From Cercozoa sp. M6MM (lineage: Eukaryota > Protista > Endomyxa: Ascetosporea): a stretch of DNA of 64,000 bases. Shown piece by piece: positions 13,251 to 25,994 of the stretch; within the stretch, counting starts at the first letter, position 1; every line of letters starts with the position of its first letter. The notes below the pieces were generated by a model. That model saw only the letters and a program-made list of their open reading frames with translations, was not told the DNA's origin and searched no databases. Both the position numbers and the translations under genes were made by a program. The stretch lies in the NCBI GenBank assembly GCA_040357565.1, contig JBDODJ010000015.1; one strand, written 5' to 3'.

Positions 13251-15725
13251 CCAATAATCAAAATGCGGCGTGCCTCCTTAAAATTGTGAAAAGAAAAATA
13301 AAGTGCATGCGTTCGACGGCTGCCTTAAAGCTCAAATAAGCGTATCCACGCGTGTGTGAGCACTGCGTCCACGGCGTAGAACTACGCGTCTTGGCAGGTT
13401 AGGGTGTTCTGTTGCTTCACGTTCGAATCAGAGCGATCGCGCGCTCTTGGTGCGCGAATCGTAGGAGACGAGATATATCACGTACGCTGACGAGCGTTGA
13501 GAGGTGCATGAGCCAATATGCACACGAAAAAGAAAGAAATAATGGTGCTTTTGTGGGTTTTGGCAGGACATGGGCTGTGTTTCCTCCAACACGGTGAGCG
13601 ACACGGAGGCCGCTTCGGGCGGCAAGTCGCGCCAGAAACAGACAGTGGGTGAAGAACGGCATCGTGTGCAGGCTGCAGAGCCAAGTCGGCAACGTGACTC
13701 GGAGAAGCTAAAGCAGGACTCGCCGGCGTCTTCCAACAAACGAAGCACCATGTCCGTGCAGCAGTTCGAGGTACAGTTGCTGTGGCAGTTGAACCTTGGG
13801 GATTGCTGTATTTTGGGGTCGGATTCAGGCGCTTCCGGAGGACTACAAATTCGGAGAGCGTCTCAAGACGATCCCGATCTTGTCGCAACTCACCGATCGT
13901 GGTATGAGTTGTTAGTGACAGCTGTGTCGGATGTTAATTTCTTGCCTCTGGTCAGAGCGAGCAAAGTTGGCGTCGGTGCTGACTACAGAGACGTTTGCGA
14001 ACGGCGAAGCAGTGATCAACCAGGGCGACATGGGCGACAAGTTCTTCTTCATCATTGATGGCACTGCGCGCGTCTCTGTGCGTAACGAAGAGGGAGCTGA
14101 AGAAGTGTAAGCTTTGCTTTGAGTTGAGTTGAGTATTTTTGAGTCGAGTTGGTTTGGTTTCAGTTGCTTTGCTTTGCTTTGAGTTGAGTTGAGTTGCTTT
14201 GCTTCGCTTCGCATTGCTTTGTTTTGAGTGAGTTGAGTTGAGTTGAGTTGAGTTGAGTTGAGTTGAGTTGCTTCGCTTTGCTTTGAGTGAGTTGAGTTGA
14301 GTCGAGTCGAGTTGAGCTGAATGAGTTGAGTTGAGTTGAGTTGAGTGTGCGACTGGTCAGGTTGGTGGCGGAACTAGAAGCAGGCGACTACTTTGGCGAA
14401 GCAGCGTTGGTGAATCGCACGCCGCGATCGGCGACAGTGAGTGCGACGAGTGAGTTGCGATGCGTGACATTGGATAGCTCGACGTTCAAGCATATCTTTG
14501 GACCGCACAAGTACGAGTTGCGACTGGCGGCGCGACAGGCTATTTCGGCCGAAGCGTTTCAAGCTGCGCTGAGTCGCGTCGAGTCGCCGTCGGCGTCGCA
14601 CCGCGAGACAGAGAAGAGCGAGATTCAGAAGGATGCCATACGCATGGCCATCACGAGCAACGTGTTGTTTGGCGGCCTCGACGAGGTGCAACTCGAGCAG
14701 ATCGTCGACGAGATGTTCCTCTGCGAGTTCGACGACGACGCTGTCATCATCCAGCAGAACGACTACGGCGACTGCTTCTATGTGCTGGAGCAAGGTGCTG
14801 TACAGGTCGAGGTGCGACGCGATGGACACGACGACCTGCAGCTCTTCGAGTCGCACGCGCCCTACAGCTTCGGTGAACTGGCGCTCATGTACAACGCACC
14901 GCGGTACCACTGCTTTCGCTTTACTTGCTTCGCTTGCATTTGAGTTGAGTTGCTTTGAGTTGAGTTGCTTTGCTTTGAGTTAAGTTGAGTTGCTTTGCTT
15001 TGAGTTGAGTTGAGTTGAGTTGCTTTGAGAGTAGTTAATTGAGTTTGAGTTGAGTCGAGTGCAGACAAGCGACGGTGCGCGCGAAGGGACACTGCGTCGC
15101 GTGGGCGATTGGACGACGCCGCTTCCGCAACATTCTCTTCTTGAGCAACGAGCAAAAGCAAGCGCAGTACGAGGAGTTGCTCAAGAAGTGCGAGGTCTTC
15201 TCGTCGCTCCTTTCGCGAGAACGCACCGTCATCGCCGATCTGCTCGAGGAGAGTCATGTACGCTCTCTTTTTTCGAGTTGCTTCGAGTTGAGTTGCTTTG
15301 GGTTACTTCGAGTTGAGTTGCTTCGAGTTGCTTTGAGTTGAGTTGAGTTGCTTTGCTTTGAGTTGCTTTGATTTGAGTTGAGATGAGTTGCTTTGCTTCG
15401 AGTTGAGTTGTGTTGAGTTTGCTTTGTGTCGATAGTTCGCGCCAGGCCAGATAGTGTTCAAGCAAGGTGACGAGCCGGAACGAATGTACATAGTGCGCAG
15501 TGGCACGGCGCGCGTCGTGAAAGACGGCGAATGCGTCGCGGAGTTGCATCGCGGTCAGTACTTCGGCGAGATGGCGCTCATGAATGTACAGTAGCTCTGC
15601 TTTGCTTTTGAGTTGAGTCGCTTTGCTTTTGAGTTGAGTTACTTTGCTTCGAGTTGCTTTGCTTTGCTTTGCTTTGAGTTGAGTTGCTTTGAGTTGAGTT
15701 GAGCTGCTTTGAGTTGAGTTGAGTC
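11150..15725. repeat. Intronic (GAGTT/GCTTT)n arrays in several introns (about 11150-11335, 14110-14345, 14925-15060, 15275-15425, 15597-15725)
   Basis: Directly visible. Confidence 0.9.
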
Positions 15726-17672
15726 GCTTCGTGCCTACAGGAGGACAAGCGCGCCGCCACAGTGCAAGCGAGCGACGACTCGGCGCTGCAGTGCTTGTCG
15801 CTCAACAAGCAAGCTTTCACTCTTGTGCTTGGTCCACTCGGCGAGCTCCTGCAGCGTGGTATCCATTTTATACTGGGGGGGGGGGGGGGGTAAGTTGGAA
15901 GTGAATTGTAGGACTCAAGGAGTACGAGTCGAAAGGACCGTCGCAGCGCGAGTTGCGAACTGACATTCCGTTCGAGCGTCTGCACGTGATTGGCACGCTC
16001 GGCAAGGTATTAAGAGTTTATTTATTTTGTTTGCTTCCGCGCGGATGCCCGAACTTCCGCGCGGACATGTGCACTTCCGCGCGGATGCGCTATTTTTGTG
16101 TGTGCAGGGCGCTTTCGGTCACGTGCAGCTCGTAGAGGACGAGGCCACGCGCGAAATGTACGCGCTGAAAATGGTGTTCAAGCAGCAGATCGTCGACACG
16201 GGTCAGCAGGAGCACATCATGAACGAGGTAGTTCTTTTGTTGTTTTGTGCTGTTGTTGTAGTTGTTTTTTATTTGTCTTGTTGTTGTTGTTTGTTGTTGT
16301 TGTTTTTTTTTTTTGTTGTTGTTGTTGTTTTTTGCTGTTGTTTTTTTGTTGTTGTTGTTTTTCTTTCTTTGTTGTTGTTGTTGTTGTTTGTATTTTTCTT
16401 GTTTGCAATAAACCGCACTCGTATCGTAGAAAAACGCAATGATCTCGCTGAATCATCCGTTGCTTGGTATAGCCTGTGTCACAGGGGGGGGGGGGGTAAA
16501 AAGGGGGGTAAAACCGGCCGGATGCGCAGTGAACCTGCACGCGACGTACAATCGCGGCGACAAGTTGTTTTTCTTGCTGGACGCGTGTTTCGGCGGCGAG
16601 CTCTTCACGCTGCTGCGTCGGTACTTACCCCCTTAACTCCCCACCCCCTTAACCTTCCACCCCTTAAACCCGACCCCTTAACCTCCCAGTCCTTAACCTC
16701 TCACCCCCTTAATCCCCACCCCTTAACCTCCCGCCCCCTTAACTCCCCACCCCCAGACGCGGTCTGTTCGACGAGCCGACGGCGCGTTTCTACGCGGCGC
16801 ACGTGGTGCTGCTGTTCGAGCACATGCACGAGCGCGGCATAATCTACCGCGACCTGAAGCCGGAGAACCTCCTGATGGACAAGGAGGGCTACCTGAGACT
16901 CACGGACTTTGGCTTTGCCAAGACCGTGTATGAACGCACTTTCACACTGTGTGGCACGCCGGACTATCTGGTACCCCACCCCCTTAACCCCTACCCCTAC
17001 TCCCTTAACCCCTACCACTACTCCCTTAACCCCTACTCCGCACCCCCTTAACCCCAGGCCCCAGAGATCATCAGTGGCCGCGGTCATAACCGTGCCGTGG
17101 ACTGCTGGACATTGGGCATCCTCGTGTATGAGATGTTGGCCTCGTACTGTCCCTTCTACGACAACGATCAGATGCGCTCCTACCAGAAGATTATGGCGGT
17201 TTGCTTGCCCTTTACCCCCCCCCCCCCAACCCCCCCCTTATACTACTGTCTGTAGGGTCGCGTGCGATTCCCTTCGCACATGTCGAAGGAAGCGATCGAT
17301 TTGATTCGGCAATTGTTGCATCCGAAGCCATCGCAGCGACTTGGGTAGACTCTACCCTTGCCCCTACCTACCCTTCACCCCTTTACCCTTCTAGAATGAT
17401 CAAGGGCGGCTGGAGTCTCGTGAAGCAGCACCCGTGGTTCTCGGGCTTTGACTGGACCGGCCTGTTGGAGAAACGCCTGGTGGCTCCGATCAAACCGCGC
17501 GTGCTCACTGCTGCCCGGGTTTCACCTTGCTTCTGCCCGGCTTTAAGCGTGCTAGTACTCGTGTCTTACTTTCTTTTCCTGTTAGGTGGCCGAACGGAGC
17601 ATGCGGAAGAAGACGCCCTCGTACAACAAGGTCTACGACACTGCCAACGATGCCGCCTTCGAGGGCTTCTAA
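13570..17672 (+). CDS. Cyclic-nucleotide-dependent protein kinase (PKG-like; 3 CNB domains + AGC kinase domain)
   Basis: MGC N-terminus; cassettes [26 protein letters not shown] and [15 protein letters not shown]; kinase motifs [34 protein letters not shown]; ends FEGF*. Confidence 0.93.
16622..17058. repeat. Intronic CCCCTTAAC-type repeats (introns about 16622-16756 and 16971-17058)
   Basis: Directly visible. Confidence 0.85.
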
Positions 17673-17850
17673 TTGAGTGCTGACTCGCCTGTGGGTTCCT
17701 GTAAAGTTAGTGAGTACCCAGGCGGACGTAGAATTTAAACTAGCGTAGTTAGGCCTATGTACTCAGTTAAGGCGGACGGGACGGCAAATTATAAAACAAA
17801 AAAATGCAGCTCCGGCTGGGCCACAACCGAGCAAATAGAGGAGTGCAGAC

Positions 17851-18467
17851 ATGAGCGAGTCGCCCAACGAGCTCGAGAGCGAGATCGCAGCCCTCGAGGC
17901 GAAGCTGCGCAGACGTAACATTTTCCGATCGCAATCTTCCGCGCGGATGATTGTTTTTGTCCCCTAACCCAAACGTGTTTGACTGTGAGACAGTCCATGC
18001 CGAGGAAGAACATGTTCGCCGTGTCACCAGTGAGGCGCTGTGGACTCAGCGGCATAAGGAGCTGCTGAAGGACAGGTACATGCGGCATTTTTGGCTGTAT
18101 GCTGCAGTTTCAAGGCAATGTGGTTTTCTTTCTTCTTGTAGATTTGTGGAATGGGCGTCGAGGCACTGCACGTCGTTTGTGGAGCGCATGCAGGTACTCG
18201 AGATATTGTGGGACACCTTGGGTTGTTTACTTGCTTGATATGCAAACAGAAATGTGCCGACGAAGCCGGTGCGCATGTGGGTTGGAAGTGCCAGGACGCC
18301 AACCGCGCAGTCGTCAATTGTCTCAAGTGGCAGTATGTTTCGATTTCACTTTGGCGTTTGAGTCTTTCTTTTGATCTCGTGAAATTTGTAGTGAACGCAA
18401 GCCGCTTTTCGACAAGTGGCGTCGCGACGAAGACGCGTTGTGTACGGACACTGATTTGATGCGCTAA
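17851..18467 (+). CDS. Twin CX9C mitochondrial protein, Cmc1-like
   Basis: Spliced sequence HCTSFVERMQKC...WKCQDANRAVVNCLK gives two CX9C motifs with Cmc1-like spacing. Confidence 0.75.
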
Positions 18468-18559
18468 CTATGCAAGAAGAATGCAGGATCAAAATGTGTG
18501 ATGGTTTGACAGGCCGACGCCGTTTGGAAGTAATCCAAGGTGAGCGTTCCGAGGAAGAG

Positions 18560-19163
18560 ATGCCTGTCGGCGTTAACGGCGTTGATGACTATCGCTACGG
18601 TATAGTAGCAATATATATGTATATATATATATGTCGCTCACGATGCTGTTTTTCTTTTTTTTTTTGACTGGTTTGGTTCGGTCTTGCTAGTTCCGGGCAG
18701 CAAGCGATACAAGCGCTCAATGTACAACGTCGTTCCGCTCGATCCGGACTGGTATGCGTTGATCCTTTCAGATGTTGTAGTTTGTTGTATTTTTTATTTG
18801 TGAAAAGGTACATTGAAGAACTGCGGCGTGCCAAGCCGGACTTTACGTCGCCGGACTTTTCGATTCCGGTCGAGGAGGAAGTGACCGAGGACGACCTCGC
18901 TGTGCGCTTTTTTTGTATCGCTTTTTGGATTGACTTTGCCTTAATCTCTTGGTTGGAAACAGCCCATGGTTGGAGGCGAACGAATTCCTGTCGCAGCGTA
19001 TGAACGAAAGGATGACCCTGAGGTTGAAGCGAGGGTAAAGTGTCTACCTTCTCCCTCGCAACTGCTTTCTCTGGAATTGATTCTTCTGGATGAGCAGAAG
19101 GTTGCCAAGGTCGTCGAGTTTGCCAAGGAGCAGTTCCGTCGCGCTAACCCTGAGTCGTTTTAA
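18560..19163 (+). CDS. Small hypothetical protein (about 110 aa, 5 exons)
   Basis: Phase-consistent exons MPVGVNGVDDYRY...EQFRRANPESF*. Confidence 0.6.
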
Positions 19164-19568
19164 CTAGGACATAAGAACCCGTGTTCAGCGACTTGAGTTC
19201 TTTCCGTTCGGTTCGGTTTGCGTTTAATTTCGTTTAAGTTTTAATTTCGTTTAATTTGCTTTTCAGCAAACGATAGAACTGATGTGAATCAATTCATTCA
19301 GCAACCCAGGCAGCCTGTTGTCTCGCCGGCCGTACAATACCAGTACCGGTCCTTAAACAACTCGCGATCGAGTGATGCAGTTGCTGACCGGAGAAGCCGA
19401 GCGAAGCGACTGGACCCGGACCGACAGTTGGAGCTGCAAAACCGACAATTTTAACTAAATTTATACACAACTTCGTGTTGTGGTCTCCGAGATCGCGCTT
19501 CGGAGGGATGCACGTTTTTTGTTTCAAACTAAACTACAACACCCGACCTGCGCGTTCTGACGGCCGCG

Positions 19569-21840
19569 ATGTTATATCAACCACTCAGTCTTTCGCACTC
19601 TCGTTCTCAATGTCCTGCTGGCCGGAAAATCTTCGTTTGGCTTCTCTCCTTACTTTTTGGTGTATCGGCGGTAGCGTACGTGATCGGAAGTAAACTCGAG
19701 TTTCCTCTCGTAAAGCGCTGGGAACAGCAAGACAGCGGGTTTAACGATGAAGTTGCCGGACGACGGGCATGGATTCATTTCTTGGATTTGACCAAAAAGA
19801 AAAGGTTCAGTCCTGTACAAATCTGCCTTCCCCCCAGTGTGCAACTGTACTTAACATTCCAGGATGCTCGAATTGGCACACATCACTTTGGCAAGCTGGC
19901 AACGCACCTTTAGCGACTGGAAGGGTACTGTATTTGCCTCAAAGAATTGAGTCTTTTGTTTGAGTCCGTACTCGACTGAGTAGGCAGCGAGAAGGAAGGC
20001 GTTCCACCTCTTGATGTTGTGGTTTTCACCATAGCGACAGAGACACGGTCGCTTATGAAGACAGCTTGCTCACTGAACATTCAGAAAGACTTCGACATGA
20101 TATGGCAGCACTATGGCTGCGAGTTCGTGGCCTTGTCGAATCTTGATGATGTCAACATGGAGGAGTGGCTTCTCAACATAGCTGCTCGCAGGTATCAAGG
20201 ATACACCAAGTGGCTTGACCAACCGACTGACCTCTTGCGACATCAGGTTTCAGTTCTCTGTTCTCAAGGATTCCTTAAACTAAATTTAAGTGCCTCCCAT
20301 GCAGCTACGAAAGGCGCTCCAAGCTACATTCGAAAGACGATCTGGTACTGTAAATTTACATTGTGCACACTAATCCAAGTGCTAAAGTGCATTGTTTAAG
20401 CAGACGTGCAAGCCCTCGCACAGCGTATGCAACGACAAGTCAAGCCAAAGTGCTGGGTCATTGGCGGTGTACCCGAAAGCGACGTCGTTTCGCAGACCGT
20501 CAAGTACCACTTCACGAGATCGTTCTCAATGCTGCGACTGCCTGTAACGGCGGCACTTTTGAACAATGTCTACACAATGCTCGTCCGCGCGGATTCAGAC
20601 ATTATAATGGCACCCAGCATGCGCCAAACTCATTTAGACGTACCACGAACGGTTGTGGCTTCTGGTGGCTATTCCACTGGCAGTAATCGGGTACAGTACT
20701 GCCTTTTAAGGTTGCTTCGTCCCGTATATACTGAAGTTTGTGCTTAATAGACAACATCGACTGCTCTTCTGTTGAAACAAACTGCCAAACATTTGGGCCT
20801 GCGGTATCCCAGAGATGATGAACTCAAGCGAGTGTCCGGTTCGTTCGGCGACCTCGCATTCTCGTGGTTTGGACACTCGCTCGAAGTGACACTTCTGGGA
20901 ATCGGTACACTATCTTTATGCAGTTGGTACCATAGACAAAGCACTCTGTGATCAACCAACAACAGTCACGCATGACATGTCGCTGCGACTGCTGGTGGAC
21001 CCTGCTATCTTCCCACGGCAGCGCGCATCTTCGTACAGTGCTACTGTCAAGACTGCTCTTGAACAGATGGTACAGTCCCGGAATTTGCAGAGACGAAGAA
21101 CACAGAGAAAAACTAAAGCGAAAGGAAGAAGTCGGAGCCTTGTTGGACGTGTCTGACTGGTTTGTCAATAACTCGATTCCTCGTTTATGAAGCAAAGTCA
21201 CTATCTGGACAAAATAGGCCTACGTGGCACGCTGGGGTGGCAACGTTGTACGCTTCGCACCTTGCCGTGCTGCACCTTTACAACAACACAAGAGACAGTG
21301 TGTTGCTGGACGACCTGAAACTTCCGTCGGTGCACGAAGCCAATGCTCGCTTGTTGAAGCACGCCAAGCTCGGTCCCGGTAATCACGTGCTCGTTACTGG
21401 TCGAATCGATGGCCGCGCTGGTGCCTTCGCAATCTAAACTGACCATTAAATGAGAGACGTTGCAACTGTTTTCTTTAGGTTCAAGTAGCACTGCTCCGAT
21501 CCGTACCGCTGTTGGACTACACTGCTTTCACACCGACTCGGACCTGAGCAAGTTTAAACTATTCGACGGGCGTGTAGGTTGTCTGTGAATTTTGACTTGT
21601 TGAGTGTTGATATGTATATGTGCTTGCTGAAGTACGACGACCTGGCCGAGAACTTCACCGAGATCGATCCGCCTAGTGATGCGGACCTCAATCGCACGAT
21701 GTCGGAGTATGCCACCATGGTGGCACTGCACTCACTTGCCATCGCCCGTGGGTACTCCAAACCGACACCTTTTTGAAGAGCAGGGGAGTACTGCACATGC
21801 TATCCGACCCGCCCGATCGAAGGAAATGCAACGTAGTATC
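19569..21840 (+). CDS. Type II membrane protein with DxD motif, putative glycosyltransferase-like
   Basis: N-terminal TM anchor (IFVWLLSLLFGVSAVAYVI), LVRADSDII, GGY, W..GVATLYASHLA; 3' end approximate. Confidence 0.5.
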
Positions 21841-21946
21841 AATGTACAGTGAGCACTGTATTAACAGGAACTATGGAACATCAAACTACTGTACTATCGT
21901 ACGGGATTCAATTAATATCGATGACTGCTAGACGCAAGCTTGTGTC

Positions 21947-24900
21947 TCAGAACACGTTGCCGTCCGAACGAATCTGAATCGGCGGGCGACTGCTCACCAA
22001 ATATCAGTTGAACTGAGAGTCGCATGTGAAGTGAGGAGGCAAACATACCCGTCCTCACGCAGCGAGAAGGCAAGCTCGCGGCCGGCACGCCAGGTGCCGC
22101 CTTCAAGGATGCGACTGAGCGGCAGTTCCTTCTCGCTCTTGCCGAGAGCCTTGCGCACCAGATCGGCGACCTGCTCGATGAGCACGATGGTGAGTGCACG
22201 CCACTCCACCACCACCTCGCTCTGCACAGGGTAGGGTCGCGCGTGCAGGTGCGGCTTGGGCACCACAACACCCGTGTCCGTCAACAGACCCGCGTTGCGG
22301 TACTCTGTGTCAATTATACATTAAGTTTTACTATTCATGCTACAACCATATGAATAAAGACGCAAATGACCAGCAAGCGGCGTCAGCAGATCAATGTCGT
22401 CGACACAAGTGTTCGGCAGCATCTCAAGCGGCTCCTGTAGTACCAAGTGGTTGGTGCAGAAGCAAATAGAAGTCGAATTGAATGTTGTGGTACCACAAGG
22501 GAGTACATGAGCCACTGCGACAGCTTGTGGAACGGCACCATGTCGCTGCCAGGTTCGCCCGTCTTGCGCAGCAACGAATGACTCCAGCAGTCACCACGTC
22601 GTACACCTTCGCAAGTTCGCACATTTGCTTGTGTTATTTCCCTTCCAAAAAACCAATCTACCAGAGTCGGAGGCAGGCCACACATGCGACAAGCCTATGT
22701 TTATGCAGCCAACAATCTCCTTTCATTCAATAAAAGTTCGATTGATACGGTACCCTTGAGCACCACGTGCCACAGATCCATCATCTGCAGGTGCGTTTGA
22801 CCTGTCCAAATACCACAGCTTTCAGTTTGGACTGAATCGACAAGGCAAACTTCGAGCTACCGTCCTCGTCAGTTTGCGCCTTGGATAGCATGTAGTCCAC
22901 CAAGAAACCCGGGCGGCACAACTCTGCGTGTTTCAAATTACCCCAAAATCTTGAAGCAAGAAAGGCGAAACTACCGCCTCGACGGAAATACTCAGCATTC
23001 GCCGGCGCTTCCAGTGCCTCGCCTGAGTCAAGTCAAGTCAGGCTTTACTGTGAAGTTTAGCGTTGTAACTATAGATCCTACCTAGGTTGCGAAGCAAATC
23101 AACACGGCCTGCAACGCCCAGAAGCGGGTTCGACGCAGACACCTGCGCGTATTGGAAAATACGAAAATATGTCAAAAAAGCAAAAACGACAACTGACTGG
23201 ATTGTACCTGGAATGCCAGCTTCAGGTCTTCCATCGTAAGTTTCTTGAGCGAGTAACTGTTGACGCGATGCGGTTGCGCAGGATCGCTGCTCAGTCTGCC
23301 GAAACGAAAGATACGAATTTTACCGACTGGCGTGAATGGTGGATAAAGAATGATGAACAAAGAAGACAACATACTTGCCATCGCAGAACATGTCGTACGA
23401 CGCAATTGCAAGTCCCTCGGAACGACTGTGTTATATTTAAGCAGTCAGAATGATACGAAAACCCGGACCATGTCAGCAAAAACAACTGTACGTGGTAACA
23501 ATGCCGTTCGAGGTGTACTTCCACGACGCACCGGCTCCTGTTTAAACAGACGTTATCACCAACCAGAAACCAGAACATAGTTGTACCTGCATCCAGAAGG
23601 ACTGACACAAAAGTGAGATCGACGAAACGACGCGCCTTTTCGATTGGCGACACGCTGCTTTCTGCTTTCAGTTCATGCCTTAGAGTTCATGTTTCATATT
23701 CTAGAGTCAACAATCAACGAAGCGAGTGAAACGCACTGGTCCACTCGTTCTCAAGGTTCGCCAAACGGTCACCGCCGAAGTGACGGAAGCGCGCGTGATG
23801 CGGAATCTGCGTGTCATCAGTTCAAACTCGTTTAATACTTTTTTGCCCTTTATCCCTGATAGAGTCTGTTTGTGTTACATCGAGTTCCGGGTAGTGCGCG
23901 CGAATGCAGTCAACAGTGCGTTGCGCTGCATTGTTCAGTTGATCGAGGTGCACGTCAAAGTGGAACAGTTTTCCCTAAACAACACAAACTGATTCATCTG
24001 TTCGTGAACTAAGTAGTATGATTATACAGTACCTCCTTGGCGAGTTCAAACACACGTTGGCATTGTTCTCGCACAGCCTGTGGAGTGTTGAGGTACTCGA
24101 TAATCTTGCCAGACGCCAACTGCAACAAACATCATCATGAGCCTTCATCAATCAAAAGCTACAGTCGGTTCAGTTTCTGTGAATGCAACTTTTGAGATGC
24201 AACGATACCGAATCGGAATGGTAGCCCGAAGCCACCTTGGCCGTGATTTCGACTGCTGCACCACTTGGAACAAGTTCCTATCTCAGTTCAATTAAAATCA
24301 AAATAAATAATGACTCCAACAAAACGAAACAGTTCAGTTTTAAATTTATAAAGTGTACCTCCGGAATCGAGCGGCGGCACAACACCTGAATGCCGGCCCG
24401 TGTAATGGCTTCGTACTTTTCATTGCTCATGCTGCACAGCGTGTCGATGCGATCAATGCCGAGCCCTGTTTGTGCCAGTTCAATTCACAAAAAAAAAAAA
24501 CTGCTTGAGTGCAGAGAAAGAGAGAAACACACAGAGCAGAATGTCCGGCATCAATGGCTGGAAACGAGCATCGCGAATGCCTACGTTTAACACAGATTAA
24601 CCAGGAAGGGAGAGGGGTGAAAGCTCAGAAGATACCAGCGATCTGCTCGGTGCACGTGAAGTATTCCTCGCTGCGATCACCGCCCTATACCAACTTAAAG
24701 GTAGAGAGAAAGAGAAAGAGAAAGAGAAAGAGAGAAAGAGAGAGAGAGGGGGGGGGGGGGGAGGCTAACACCGTACCGGCTGGTTCTTGCGCAGATTGTA
24801 GACGCGGAACTTAAGCACTTCGCCAAGCGCGCGGCCTTCCTTGCGGTAGTACACGACGATGCCAACGCCGCCACGTTGGGCAGTTTCAGCGCACCTTTAA

Positions 24901-25994
24901 CACAGTACAGTCGGTTCATTTGTACCAACAATGTATTACAACCTAGAGTTAGAGTTACCGTTCCAAAGCGTACATGAGATAGGGTCGGCAGGTGCAGATG
25001 TCGGTGGAAAACACGTCGCTGCCGCAGCATTCGTCGTGCACGCGCACCGTGATCTCCGTGTCCTCCTGACTCAGCTTGGCGATGTCGCCGATAATATAGG
25101 CCGTCATGCCGCCCACCGGTGGTGCGTACGTGCTACAAAAGAAGAAGTTTGGAGGGTGCAGAGTGTTCTACTGAGTCTAGCAGGGGCATAAGGTACTTGT
25201 AAATAAACTGGCCATCTTCGTTGCGCAACACGAGTTGCTCGTTGTGCGTCCACGAGCTCAACGACTCGCGAATATCCTATGCTCTAATTTAGTGTAGGCT
25301 CCTTCCAGAGGCAAGCTATAAATACCTCTTCAGACAAATCGAGACGCTGTGCAATGCCCGGAAGGTTCCAGACTTGGTGGATGCCCACTTTGAACGTGTT
25401 CTGCCCAGATCCTTAATACTTTATCATACATACTTCTAGTGTTTATGTTACGATAGAGCCGTCGGAGTTGACAACGATGCCATCTCGTGTCAGTGTTGGC
25501 ATGAGTTCAGGCACGTGCATCTTACACTTGGTGCCTGACATTGTCGGCGTCGTTGCCGTGAAGCCCGACTGCAAAAGGTCAAATCATCAGTTCGAACTCA
25601 AGCTGCACTTCCTTAAAGTTTACAGGATCAACAGTGACGATCTTCTTCCACTGCTCGCGTGTTTTGGGAAGTGCCAGGTGCTTTGTCAACCTATTGCAAT
25701 ATCAGTTATTTGAGACAGAGACTGCTTTTCAGTTGAAACAAAGCGAAAGCTAACTCGTCTGAGACAGTTTCGTACTCTGCACGCTTGCAGTGGTAGTCGG
25801 AGAGCTTCACCTGATCTCTAAGCGCACTCAAACTAATAAGCTTCACTGCAACCTGAAGTTCAAACATTTTACCTGACCTCGGCAAGTGCAAAGTATGCAG
25901 TGTTGTCAGCGCCATAGGAACCGGCAAAGTGGTTTCGCTCGAGGTCATTGTGAACGTCTTCCCACGTGTGTTCGACCGATCTTTGTGCAGACAT
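21947..25994 (-). CDS. URC1 (GTP cyclohydrolase II-like, Urg1) - URC4 (DUF1688, Urg3) fusion protein
   Basis: URC1 motifs: KIVTVDP, VWNLPGIA, PPVGG, RVHDECCGSDVFSTDICTCRPYL, RKEGRALGEV.K..VYN.RK, MSNEKY, EITAK..SGY. URC4 motifs: YLNTPQAVREQC, DLTFVSVLLDAG, PFHKLSQWLMYSL, EWRALT, LEGGTWRAGR, PPIQIRSDGNVF*. Joined by a phase-0 intron at 24120-24208. Confidence 0.88.

Noticed and set aside
15859-15911. U12-type intron (donor GTATCCATT)
   Set aside because: Mismatch to GTATCCTT and no CCTTAAC branch site; the intron is mainly a G-run.
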